This document shows positions 28,201-36,335 of a DNA stretch of 36,625 bases, one piece after another. The stretch is from assembly GCA_030141605.1 (NCBI GenBank), contig JAQGDQ010001521.1, positions 1 to 36,625 of the forward strand, written 5' to 3'. The stretch is from Tubiluchus corallicola (lineage: Eukaryota > Animalia > Priapulida). How positions within the stretch are numbered: the first letter of the stretch is position 1; each line of letters begins with the position of its first letter. Below the pieces are notes generated by a model. The model had not been told where the DNA came from. It ran no database searches and saw only the letters and a list, made by a program, of their open reading frames with translations. The position numbers and the translations under genes are program-made.

Positions 28201-31200
28201 TTTGATTGATTAATTGCAACTGTATGAAGGAATATAAGAATATTCTCTATCTGATGTAATTGTATTATTTTAACATTGGCATTTTAATAGTAAATAAAAT
28301 ATTTTATTACTGTTGCTGCTGCTACTATTACTAGTACAGTAGTGCGTTATTTTAATAGTTAATGGTTAATGAAGTTAATTATATGTTTTCATTTCATTGT
28401 TATTCAACCTGGTAGGTTGCGATGAGTGTCAGTCTGTCATTTTCGCTCTGATTCTGTCACCCGTTCGACTGCTGCAATTGACTTCGTTGCCCAAGAATTT
28501 ATGGAAGCTAAACTTTTAATGACATGCCTAGCAGTTTCCTTTTGAAGCTCTTGCGGTTAATAGATTCAGTCGGTTAAGTGGATCAAAACTCTTCCATTCC
28601 AAAGTGAGTTTATCAAGTGGCGCTTGCTGTATCAAACCAAGTAGCACATGAATAACATACAGATAATCAAGAGAGAGAGATAAAATGAAACAACACCTAC
28701 TTGTTAATGTAGTATATATCTACAGGAAATACTCTGCCTTCTATGCTTAGACAAACTGCAATATCGTCACTGTAAAAAATGAAATTATTATCAGTTAGTT
28801 CTGCACTCCTTCAAACGTAAGTGAAAAGAATCTTGAAAACTTTTTAAATGAAAAAACACTGACACCTACGTGGCATACTTACCCCAACCTAAGTAGGTCT
28901 GGGCTTACTTAACACACTCTGTTACTAATAAAAACATCACACTGCTGACGACATGAACAATTTGGCAAATGAAATGGGGCTTGACTAAGGTATTTTGAAT
29001 TAAGAATCCCGCTTTATTCAATAGCTTATTAACAAAAATCTTAAAGACAGTCATGTCAAGTCATGCTCGCGTCACAGGGTTCATGTTGGAACAAATGCAG
29101 AATGCTAATTTTAGCAGCCAATTATGACAGAGAAAACATGTGAAACAATCAGAATCAAACCTAGTTTTGAACCACAGTTCTTGAATTAAAATGTCACCAC
29201 ATTTGACTACTGCATCACCTAGGAACCTCTGATGGAAACAAATTCTACTTCGACTGTAAAACTCGACAATCCACCAAAGTTTTGCACATTAGTACGTTTA
29301 TTAATTTTCCCTGAATAATTTCTAAAAAAACTCTTAGGCTTTCCAGTAATCTTATCACTCTAGCACTTGGAATGCTAAGAAAATTGGTGAGTCATTACTA
29401 CTGAAATGAAACAAATCACTACCCAGCTCAATTGTCTAAAGCAGGGGTGTACAAATTATCTGACCAGCTGGGCCACATTAAACTTTCCCGCAATTCCTGC
29501 GGGCCACAGGCAGTTTGATCAAGGAGCCAAGTACAGAAGGGCCTAATAACGATTTTTTGCATCCGACCTGCGTACATCATTACTACTACACTCAAGAAAC
29601 TATTTTAGAAGTTATTAAAATTTATATTACAAACCATATATTTCTACTTTCAGGACAGATAGTGGTAATTTCATTACAATGCATATTAGTAATGTGTATC
29701 ACACAGTCTGTGTAGTACAGTGACATTAAACTACAACCGTCTTGTAAGAGTTAATGGCATCCGATCTAGTAGAAAAAACTACCAGCACTATCTTTGGGAT
29801 CGTGGCACAGACGTCAGCTGGATACACTCAATTAGTCGCTCGGGCCGCACTTTCATTAGGTTGACAAATCTCTTTGCAGGCCGCACAAATTCTCTCGGCG
29901 GGCTGCAAGTGGCCCACGGGCCGCAATTTGCACACCCCTGGTCTAAAGTGTAACCTAACAGTTGGAACTCAGGGAAGTCCTTGTTCGTGTCTAGGCTCAG
30001 GTAAGCTGTTTCTGTCCATTAGTTCAAAAAATAAATATTTATGGGTTTTTTCACCACTTTTATTAATGTTGAAAAAGAGACTAAAGGGTTTACATTTTTG
30101 GTTGACATGGTAACTGACACAAACCAAGTCCAAGACAAAAATTCAGATCGCTTTTTCGTTGTGTGCGTGATCACGTACTTTCTGGGTATTTAAACAAGAA
30201 GCACAGTTGTGCCAATATTCAACTCTGACAACTGGCACATATTTCAAAATAACCCAACTGAAATCAGATAAATTATCAACAGTCACGTTGTAAATGATAA
30301 AAAGTTCAAAAGTCTCAGAAACGCTTTTGCACAAATTGCAGAATTATGGTTTGGGAACATAACTGATATACCGACATTGGTCAGAAAACTAAGCGGAAAG
30401 ATACAACAAATGAAAAAATTCCAGAAGCGTTTAGTCTGGAAAGAATTATTAAAGTATAACATACCCTTTATCTTTTAAGTCCTTTGTGTTAAAAAAGTCT
30501 CTGATAGCCTGAAACCAATAACAGAGAGATATGAAGTCACATGTCAGCATAACAAAGGTCTAATACAAAGGTCCAATAAGGCAGTAGTTCTTATCAGGAA
30601 ATCTTATTTATACAGTTTAAAGCATTGCAATCTGGAATCAACGGGCAGGACATACTTAAAATTGAAGATTGTGGCAGGACTGGAATCTCCCTAATTATCA
30701 AGGCTTAACCTATAAGATGAGAAGACACTGAACAGGCACTGATGTTTTATTCGCATTTGGATGTGGGTACATTCTCCCTTTTCAGTAATTACCTAATAGT
30801 GTACACGCCGAACGAAAACATCCAGATCTCATAACAAAACAGGCAGTCCAGATCCATTTAGTGACCAAGCCCAGCATTGCTTACCTTAAGTAGATAAGTT
30901 ATAGTTATAAGGAGACTAATTCTTGTGGTTCATACTTTGTTCACAAATCCAAAAAGTCACCTTGTCCTATTTTACCACGCACTACTTAAACTATTAAAAG
31001 TCACCAGATTATCAACTTTCTCATTCAGTAAGTCATTAGGTCCCCATAGTTGCCTAAACTTAGCTACTTAAAGGTCAAATTCAACATAAAAACAAGTTTT
31101 CTTTAATTAAAACAGCAAATTGCAATTTAAAATTTGGCACAAATTTTGCTAAATTTCGCATCCTCCTTCCCATTGAAATCGGAACTCGAAGTTGCATTTT

Positions 31201-34200
31201 TCACCCAAAACATTTTGTTCGGTTTGCTCGTGAGACTTCGGAAAATCATAGGCTAAACAACTGTCCTAGCAGCGGATACCTTGGATACCGCATCATTTCT
31301 GTTATGTTAAATTTGTAAACAGTGCTCCACCGTGAAATGTTACACGTGACAATCACTCGTAAATGTTGCTATAATTAAGGACTGAATTTTGCTGGCATCA
31401 ACTAACGAGTAAAATGCACAAAATTGAATTCCAGGCTCTCTTTAGAACTCACGCCTTCACATCTAATTACCTCTTAAATAAACCATCAAGTTAAAGTTAA
31501 AAGAACCAGAAAATCTTAATTGGAGCCATTTCTTTGTATTTTATGTGTAAAATGTAAACTTCACAAAGTACACTGTACGCCTCTAAAGTTCACCTTTAAA
31601 CTAGACTTAAAACCTCCTCAACCTTCAATACTACATTTTTATCAGCAATATTACTAAACTTTTGTTAAGATAGTAAGGATAAGAGACATTCTACTTGATG
31701 CTAAGCACTGATACAGTGAAACACATGTCGTTAGTTGAAGAAAAGGTATCAAAAAGTCAGCATCATTAAAACAAAACGCCGCTAAGTCGTTAAGCGAAGA
31801 CTAACTGTATAGTTATCCAATATATATTTTAGATGTTTTAAGAGGGCCCATTTGTTTGTATACCAATGTCACTGCTTTATCTGAATAATGACCATGAATC
31901 CAATATGGTAACCAAAATGGCCACAACATAGATGGAACTGGTTAGAGTGTCCCTTTCAACAATTAGCCGGATCATGGGCGATAACCGTAGTTAAAAATTT
32001 CCTGATAGCAGTCCCTCTGCATTAGTTAAACTCAGAAGTGCAACGTAGAAACAAGATAAGCAAATGAAAACTTAGAGAATACCTCAGCATCCAAAGTTGC
32101 CGAGGAGATGATCACGTGAACATCACTTCTCTTTTTCATTATTTTTTTGAGTAGAGCTATGATCATATCAGTATGTATGCTCCTCTCGTGTGCTTCGTCA
32201 ACCATAATTATGCTAAAAAATATGCTAAAAATCAGGCTAAAACATTTCTTCATAAAAATAACAATAATGTTTAGGGTAATATAGTCTGCATGTTGGTCTT
32301 TCTGGTTTAGTATCATCATGTCAGCAAGGAAAGGCTTTCACTTTTCTCACTTTCATTAGTGTGCTAACTAGATATAAAAAAACAAACAGACGGTACAGAT
32401 AAACTGCATAATAAAAGTTAAAATATTGCAATGCTTTCCTGTTTTAATCGGATTATTCATAAAAAAACATTGTCCACTGTAACTCTTCTGCCATTGTCAC
32501 CTATCCAACTACCACAAATATGAGCATGTTATTTTGGTATCACACACACAAAGCTGGTATAAGCACCTAAGCAGCATTCAAGTCATAAACATCTACAACA
32601 TTAAGTTTCTTTCTAACAAATATCTTGATAACAAATAAAAAAGGCCTGTGTTCTTCTCCATATTTCGTAGCCTTCAAATTTACTCTACTGTACATAAAAT
32701 GCAATTCATAATAACCAAACTGCAGAGTCATCAACACAGTGTCACCTGTTAATACCTGTACTTAAGCAGCAGAGGATCCATCATTAGTTCTTGAATCAAC
32801 ATTCCATCGGTCAAAAACTGAAAAAAAATGACAAAGCACTCATTATTATAAGCAGCATAACTATCATAAATCCACAAGTATTTCACTCTGAAATCATACG
32901 TGTGGGTGAGGAAACAGTAATGAAGCCACAGAGTGTGACAAATGGTTCAATATTCGTTCTAGACATGTCCGTTCTGCCATACTGACCATACGTGTGAGTG
33001 AGGAAACAGTAATGACGCCACAGAGTGTGACAAATGGCTCAATATTCGTTCTAGACATGTCCGTTCTGCCATACTGACCATACGTGAGAGTGAGGAAACA
33101 GTAATGATGCCACAGAGTGTGACAAATGGTTCAATATTCGTTCTAGACATGTTCGTTCTGCCATACTGACCATACGTGAGAGTGAGGAAACAGTAATGAC
33201 GCCACAGAGTGTGACAAATGGCTCAATATTCGTTCTAGACATGTCCGTTCTGCCATACTGACCATACGTGAGAGTGAGGAAACAGTAATGACGCCACAGA
33301 GTGTGACAAATGGCTCAATATTCGTTCTAGACATGTCCGTTCTGCCATACTGACCATACGTGAGAGTGAGGAAACAGTAATGACGCCACAGAGTGTGACA
33401 AATGGTTCAATATTCGTTCTAGACATGTTCGTTCCGCCATACAGACCATGAAGTATTTACCACGTTCCGGAAAGATGTGCAGTGCGCTGCGCAGGAGACT
33501 CATCCGACTGTGGTTGATACGCCACTGCCACTCCAGTGCTTCTAATTCATCTTGAAGGTAATTTATAATGAATATGTTCAGATCCTGCCATAACTGTCTA
33601 TACCGAGTATTGGATTTCAGCTCAGAGAGCACAAACCATCATAAAAAGGGCAACTATTAATGATGCTGCAATTTTCCTACACTGAGTTTCGAAGACATTA
33701 ATGTCTTTGCCCATTAAACGCCAAATCAGAAAACGTCTAATAGCTTCAGAAATATCTTTTCAGTAAAAGTTTTTTTGAGAATCCATATTACATTTTATAA
33801 AAGCAAAATATATATATATAAAAGAACTAAAAACAAATGAATAATTCATGTAAAACGCACTTAAACAACCAAGAAACCAAAAAATGTATTGTTTTTTGGC
33901 AGGCAAGACAGTTTCACAAGTAAACATAACAATGACACAAGGATAATTACTATAAACATATATGCTTATTTAAAAATTGAATGCAAACAGAAAGGCGATT
34001 CATAAAAAAAGATTCTTTTTTCAATCCCTGTTGCAAATAGAAAAACCATACATAAAATAACTAAGAATAGTAAATAACGTATGATGGTACCTTGATTTTT
34101 GTGAGCTTTGCATCTGTACAGTTGTCGAATCTGACGGAGTAGCCGACTTCGCAGCCAGTAGTGACACCCTTTTCTTCTGCCACACGTGTAGCAATCTGTA

Positions 34201-34676
34201 GTACGGAAACACTTCCGGTCATTTTACAATAGCTTTACAATAACAGCAGCAATGGCGATGATGACCAACTATTACCACTACTAATGCTACCACTGCCATT
34301 ACCATAACTGTAACACTTACTAATGACAGTTAATAGCTGTTATTGTTACTGATAATTTATTTAGACTCATAGACTGATATTATTGCATAATGATACTGCT
34401 ATTAGAATTGATTTCTTATGTTTTGGTTCCAGTGCACGTAATTTAAACCACCACCGCCACCGCGAGCACGACAACAACAACAACAACAATAAGAATTTAC
34501 TCAGTGTTTGTGCCGCTAAAACATATAATGCACTGAAGCATTTCACAAGTGTAAAATACACACATATGCAGTAATACGTGCGAAAGATCAAATGTGCTTA
34601 CAGTGATAGCAGCAACACGTCTAGGTAACGTTACACCGATCATTCCATCTCCGCCCCATCCCGCTTCCATTAAGTA
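7190..34676 (-). CDS. DHX35: DEAH-box ATP-dependent RNA helicase DHX35 (18 exons, 5'-partial on this strand)
   Basis: complement(join(7190-7231,8398-8509,9314-9467,10570-10699,11248-11325,12332-12426,12869-12964,13330-13384,14019-14143,15287-15439,18134-18315,19347-19475,28701-28769,30465-30508,32083-32212,32756-32817,34091-34195,34602-34676)) = 1836 nt. All introns GT-AG, all phases compatible, no stops. Motifs: TDGML, [32 protein letters not shown], plus HA2 and OB-NTP regions. The C-terminus ELAPHYYKYGTERELAAAKRVKTS is DHX35-like. Confidence 0.93.
8398..8509 (-). CDS. DHX35: DHX35 exon
   Basis: VVFNDVVITSRECMRDITVIDSSWLYELAPHYYKYGT, AG/GT flanks. Confidence 0.92.
9314..9467 (-). CDS. DHX35: DHX35 exon
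   Basis: GDVDRLCRCITAGFFPNAARLHYTGEYRSLKDDMILHIHPTSVLSGQDQPD. Confidence 0.92.
9700..9775 (+). mobile_element. tRNA-derived SINE fragment
   Basis: agagttcaagtcctggctagcccagaactttttcagcgcct is similar to the B-box and tail of the copy at about 19645-19760. Confidence 0.4.
10570..10699 (-). CDS. DHX35: DHX35 exon
   Basis: KKKSARWCRENYLNFTGLMRAVEIRQQLKDLLEKFQVPLLTCE. Confidence 0.92.
11248..11325 (-). CDS. DHX35: DHX35 exon
   Basis: DRAKYKFSVKEGDLLTLLNVYSMFVK. Confidence 0.9.
12332..12426 (-). CDS. DHX35: DHX35 exon
   Basis: GEFECSEEILSIAAMLNIQNVFVTPPGGRARS. Confidence 0.92.
12869..12964 (-). CDS. DHX35: DHX35 exon (HA2)
   Basis: AVDDKGQLTEPLGTRMSEFPLEPMFAKMLLVS. Confidence 0.92.
13330..13384 (-). 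CDS. DHX35: DHX35 exon
   Basis: KPSTLNLATSLDILYALG. Confidence 0.88.
14019..14143 (-). CDS. DHX35: DHX35 exon
   Basis: EDEYEKLAESNTPELQRSNLGTILLRLMALGVSDLLRFPFLS. Confidence 0.92.
15287..15439 (-). CDS. DHX35: DHX35 exon (motif VI)
   Basis: [51 protein letters not shown]. Confidence 0.95.
15546..15745. mobile_element. degenerate Tc1/pogo-type MITE
   Basis: Left end tactgtcaaacttcattata, right end tataatgaggtatg, with an internal repeated ttataatgccaa-cctcgcttaat motif. Confidence 0.4.
16652..17070. mobile_element. hAT-type MITE
   Basis: 24-bp TIR cagggtgtataagattatggatat versus reverse complement caggctgcataagattatggatat (2 mismatches). Exact 8-bp TSD gacatata at 16644-16651 and 17071-17078. 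Confidence 0.88.
17461..18087. mobile_element. possible degenerate non-autonomous DNA element (PIF/Harbinger-like ends)
   Basis: Imperfect inverted ends (aagccagactttcactg ... cagtgaaaccatagctt), with recurrent tcgca/tgcga motifs inside. Confidence 0.3.
18134..18315 (-). CDS. DHX35: DHX35 exon (motifs IVa/V)
   Basis: [60 protein letters not shown]. Confidence 0.95.
19347..19475 (-). CDS. DHX35: DHX35 exon (motif IV)
   Basis: PIPDYIQGVVDTVLKLHKHEMQGDVLAFLPGMEDVDRAVKLIR. Confidence 0.93.
19645..19760 (-). mobile_element. tRNA-derived SINE
   Basis: gtcggttgatagctcaaatgactagag...cggttcaaatcctggctgacccaacgatttttcagagctttc has A and B boxes plus a non-tRNA tail. Confidence 0.6.
21616..21651 (+). 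CDS. candidate upstream exon of the nested Egl-like gene
   Basis: ATG...MQKAGNVLLRRQ followed by a consensus donor CAG|GTAAGT in phase 0, matching the phase-0 acceptor at 22563/22564. It could instead be 5' UTR. Confidence 0.45.
21717..22267. mobile_element. hAT-type MITE (TAGGG...CTA ends)
   Basis: Degenerate TIRs tagggttgaggtgatac versus reverse complement tagacctgtaatgatac, subterminal gatac/cgat repeats, TSD gtatttac / atatttac (7 of 8 match). Confidence 0.7.
22564..25026 (+). CDS. Egalitarian-like RNA-binding protein (5 Egl-type winged-helix repeats, 2 OB/cold-shock-like domains, C-terminal LC8-type motif, no exonuclease domain), nested antisense in a DHX35 intron
   Basis: About 2.46 kb stop-free frame after a polypyrimidine tract and CAG acceptor (22563); first in-exon ATG at 22576. 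Repeats of the form EAVxYF...(S)xAP...G....F..FL.QHP..F.V.G..V.L match the recalled Egl domain (QEAKDYFKNKM...SLLGHRSQASPQVRHISGQHIKEFTDFLMKH..TFKV). Two domains end in FDA...(Y/W).ATRVW (23641-23853, 24181-24408). C-terminus DVACQTEATGEIIYTKTY. Confidence 0.85.
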   Translation: MTDSMIENIENEAVDFFKKPFDIWATDAVAITKLMGKKSQAPSHIRIHVGKTVEQFTRFLTQHPECFVVKGDTVQLVSKEGQENEKTVDDDEKEENLPKPKSWSLQQMERKAVEYFKEAFKKWGLREVTARSLKSRESDAPPEFQIITGMTDEEFVLFLKQHPEEFTVNGTIVTLTEKNPVSDKHFTNEKDVSQIEQAAVEYFRHSMIARGETKMKLETLVDRLSLAPLFVSKLVGNDAFSFFCKHSDVFVLKNDVVALKCQEPFLEASNAHDVTVMDTAKLVAIDYVKELLGKLCGICNVSNLLFKVMKAPDSVTKVTGSCKPTFLEFIRNNPKNFILYHGDEICLTDVPYSFGVVLKCQLGIVSNIIQNGGFLLYKRRSCVYFPRAALVELNDNSDHLNGYPVVGQKMYFDAVPDPFTNANYKATRVWNAEQDAEIPVPVLDLDEEAQFIHKTVKSLVRRQIQTFGPQPIKKLCTIFNAENIQAKIGNRPHDVINFVTSYPQVFCLSRGLVTLAGVNTKAFITSRPAQVAQPCKPVIENKAGEVTQVFPSCGFLHFKSCGKLSNAFFHISNVIDNKRHHTTLFDILKTGDKVRFDAILGKPGGSAEWAATRVWHEGFVPLKQQLSVLDESADDLLNLDELEKELESGSDNEESIPECLQNLSHVQTLDFPSVNLEKEPKGERCSADISENSYQVETFDFPRGTLEKKLARQSISECLESANHDQILYHSKGNSNKAIEDRPACFRCDLPACFRCDLQQPRYFREVNVVAIPATVTEPVKLLADVACQTEATGEIIYTKTYDDETDQVTNSSLKLVRNY
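24789..24838 (+). repeat. perfect 24-bp tandem duplication within the CDS
   Basis: acctgcttgctttcgttgtgattt x2 encodes PACFRCDL PACFRCDL. Confidence 0.95.
25174..25179 (+). promoter_or_regulatory. candidate polyadenylation signal of the nested gene
   Basis: AATAAA about 150 nt after the TGA ending at 25026. Confidence 0.5.
26457..26590 (-). mobile_element. LINE (CR1/L2-like) 3' tail fragment
   Basis: On the minus strand, a hairpin gggtggc...gccaccc is followed by AATAAA and a (TTGAA)n tail. Confidence 0.5.
28701..28769 (-). CDS. DHX35: DHX35 exon
   Basis: DDIAVCLSIEGRVFPVDIYYIN. Confidence 0.92.
29442..29940. mobile_element. hAT (Charlie-like) MITE
   Basis: 16-bp TIR caggggtgt(a/g)caaatt, subterminal gggccgc/gcgggcc repeats, exact 8-bp TSD gtctaaag at 29434-29441 and 29941-29948. 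Confidence 0.92.
30465..30508 (-). CDS. DHX35: DHX35 exon
   Basis: AIRDFFNTKDLKDK. Confidence 0.88.
32083..32212 (-). CDS. DHX35: DHX35 exon (motifs II DEAH and III SAT)
   Basis: IIMVDEAHERSIHTDMIIALLKKIMKKRSDVHVIISSATLDAE. Confidence 0.95.
32756..32817 (-). CDS. DHX35: DHX35 exon (motif Ib)
   Basis: FLTDGMLIQELMMDPLLLKY. Confidence 0.93.
32895..33449. repeat. minisatellite, 6 x 92 bp
   Basis: Unit catacgtgagagtgaggaaacagtaatgacgccacagagtgtgacaaatggctcaatattcgttctagacatgtccgttctgccatactgac repeats head-to-tail with few substitutions. Confidence 0.95.
34091..34195 (-). CDS. DHX35: DHX35 exon
   Basis: IATRVAEEKGVTTGCEVGYSVRFDNCTDAKLTKIK. Confidence 0.93.
34602..34676 (-). CDS. DHX35: DHX35 exon (motif Ia)
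   Basis: YLMEAGWGGDGMIGVTLPRRVAAIT. Confidence 0.92.
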
Positions 34677-35259
34677 CTAAAAAATCACAAAAAACAGCGA
34701 TTTCTATGAAACAAGATCTAAGCAAATCCGTATCCTGCAACTCTTAAAAACTATAGATATTACACAGAAAAGCGAGACAGCAATTGTTACTAGACAGTTC
34801 TCAGTCTTACACTACGCAACTGCAGTAAAAACAAGGTTTTTTAGAGAATTTATTTATCCACTTAGCATTGCAATACATAGTTACAGCAATGTGTAAAATT
34901 GTTACAGCATTTTGTTAATAATAAAATATTGCAGCGTTTATGAGGAAATACTAACTCATAAGCTAACATGTGTTATCATTGCAGTGTGTATGAGCAGAAA
35001 ACACTGCAGGAGACATTGGTCAAACGTTTAAATATAATTAAGTACAAAATAAGCAACACAAAATATTACAATTACTTACTACATGTATTACAAATGTGCT
35101 TACTTGTAGATCATGATTTAGCCTATAACGGCTGCATGAAACAGTTTTATGCATTAATGCAAACAACATTATATTTGTAGGACAGATTAGTTTCTAAATA
35201 TTGTAAGAGATCTGGTATGAAAACATGTACTCTGGTTGCTCATGGACCTATACACAGTA

Positions 35260-35305
35260 TACACACATGCACGCACGCACACGCGCACATGCACACGCAC
35301 ACATG
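35260..35305. repeat. imperfect (CA/CG)n microsatellite
   Basis: acacacatgcacgcacgcacacgcgcacatgcacacgcacacatg. Confidence 0.7.
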
Positions 35306-35347
35306 TATATACAGGTCACTTAAGTTACTAGAAAGTAAAGCAAGACA

Positions 35348-35475
35348 CAGGGATGAGAATGACAAATTGCAAAAAACTCTAAAACAGGCCGGGGGTTTTG
35401 GGGCCGCCTAGGCCCCCAATGGGCCTGAGGGGCAAAGCCCCCATGGGGGGTTCAAGGGGGCCTTGAAGCCGGCAA
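35348..35475. mobile_element. probable MITE fragment (CAGGG start, GC-rich ggggc/gcccc core)
   Basis: cagggatgagaat...ggggttttggggccgcctaggcccccaatgggcctgaggggcaaagcccccatggggggttcaagggggcc. No matching second TIR was found. Confidence 0.4.
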
Positions 35476-36207
35476 TTTTGTGACCATAGAGAGCCTCTAA
35501 GTGGACTTAAAATATAAATTACCTTGTTTCATGCATAATTTAAAATACCCAACTCTCAAGGATACATGATACTTAATTGTTTCAAAAACGCTTAATTACT
35601 GGCTGCTCCTATGCAAAAGTATATAAAAACTGTTTGCAATTGACTCAAATAACTCTGCACAATTGATTCTATATTTTCATACATAGAGATATACACGTGG
35701 TTACACTGATGTATGTGATGTAAACAAAGTGACGATCTGCCAACTAGTGGTCAGCTTGTGAAATAATGTACTGGGTCCGTAAAAATTTTCTAAACGGCAC
35801 CCCCACTAATTTTATGTGGTTTCTAAATACAGACTTTTAAAAGATTCTCGAAAGTCTATGTCAATAACCATATTTAATAGACGTAATTTTAAGGTTATCG
35901 ATTAACGTTGTTCAAAAATGAACCCGCATTTATTGAATTTTCGAACTCAAACGCACGAAATGCGTAACAGTTTGGACTGGATCTGCATTTAAAACGGAGA
36001 CCTTTGAATTACAAGGGTAATAACATGACTATTACCGTGTTTCATCTAAAAAAATGTTCAATAATAAACGAATTTATTCCTCCATATAATGGGAATATAT
36101 TGTGTAGTGTAGTAATTGAAAGAAGTGATAAAGAATATATTCTTACAAACTGTGACTGTTTAAAATTATCAGAATGCACAAATTTGATTGATTTTTTTTG
36201 TTTGTAG

Positions 36208-36335
36208 GAACTGAGGCACCTGGAATAAAGGAAGATAAAATTGAACAGTCAGACGGTGTGGGTTTTATTGCTCCATACAACCCTGCCCATTCACTTGCAA
36301 TAGCTCAGCAAAGACAAAAGCTTCCAATATTTAAG
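36208..36335 (+). CDS. DHX35: DHX35 N-terminal exon (exon-2 equivalent), on the opposite strand to the rest of the gene
   Basis: tttttttgtttgtag|(G)TEAPGIKEDKIEQSDGVGFIAPYNPAHSLAIAQQRQKLPIFK|gt matches the recalled human DHX35 GTEGPG...YNPYAALSIEQQRQKLPVFK. Frame and splice sites are intact. Confidence 0.88.

Noticed and set aside
28410-30115. Coding-looking stretches at about 28410-28620 and flanking the MITE (29180-29433, 29949-30115)
   Set aside because: The frames are interrupted by stops and I recognise no family; BLASTX would be needed.
32895-33449. CRISPR array, or a family of 63-aa ORFs
   Set aside because: The units are contiguous near-identical 92-mers with no unique spacers, in a eukaryotic intron. 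The ORFs are by-products of the repeat.
35858-36016. DHX35 exon 1 on the plus strand
   Set aside because: No ATG-initiated frame reaches a phase-1 donor, and no FW[RK]P-like motif is present.
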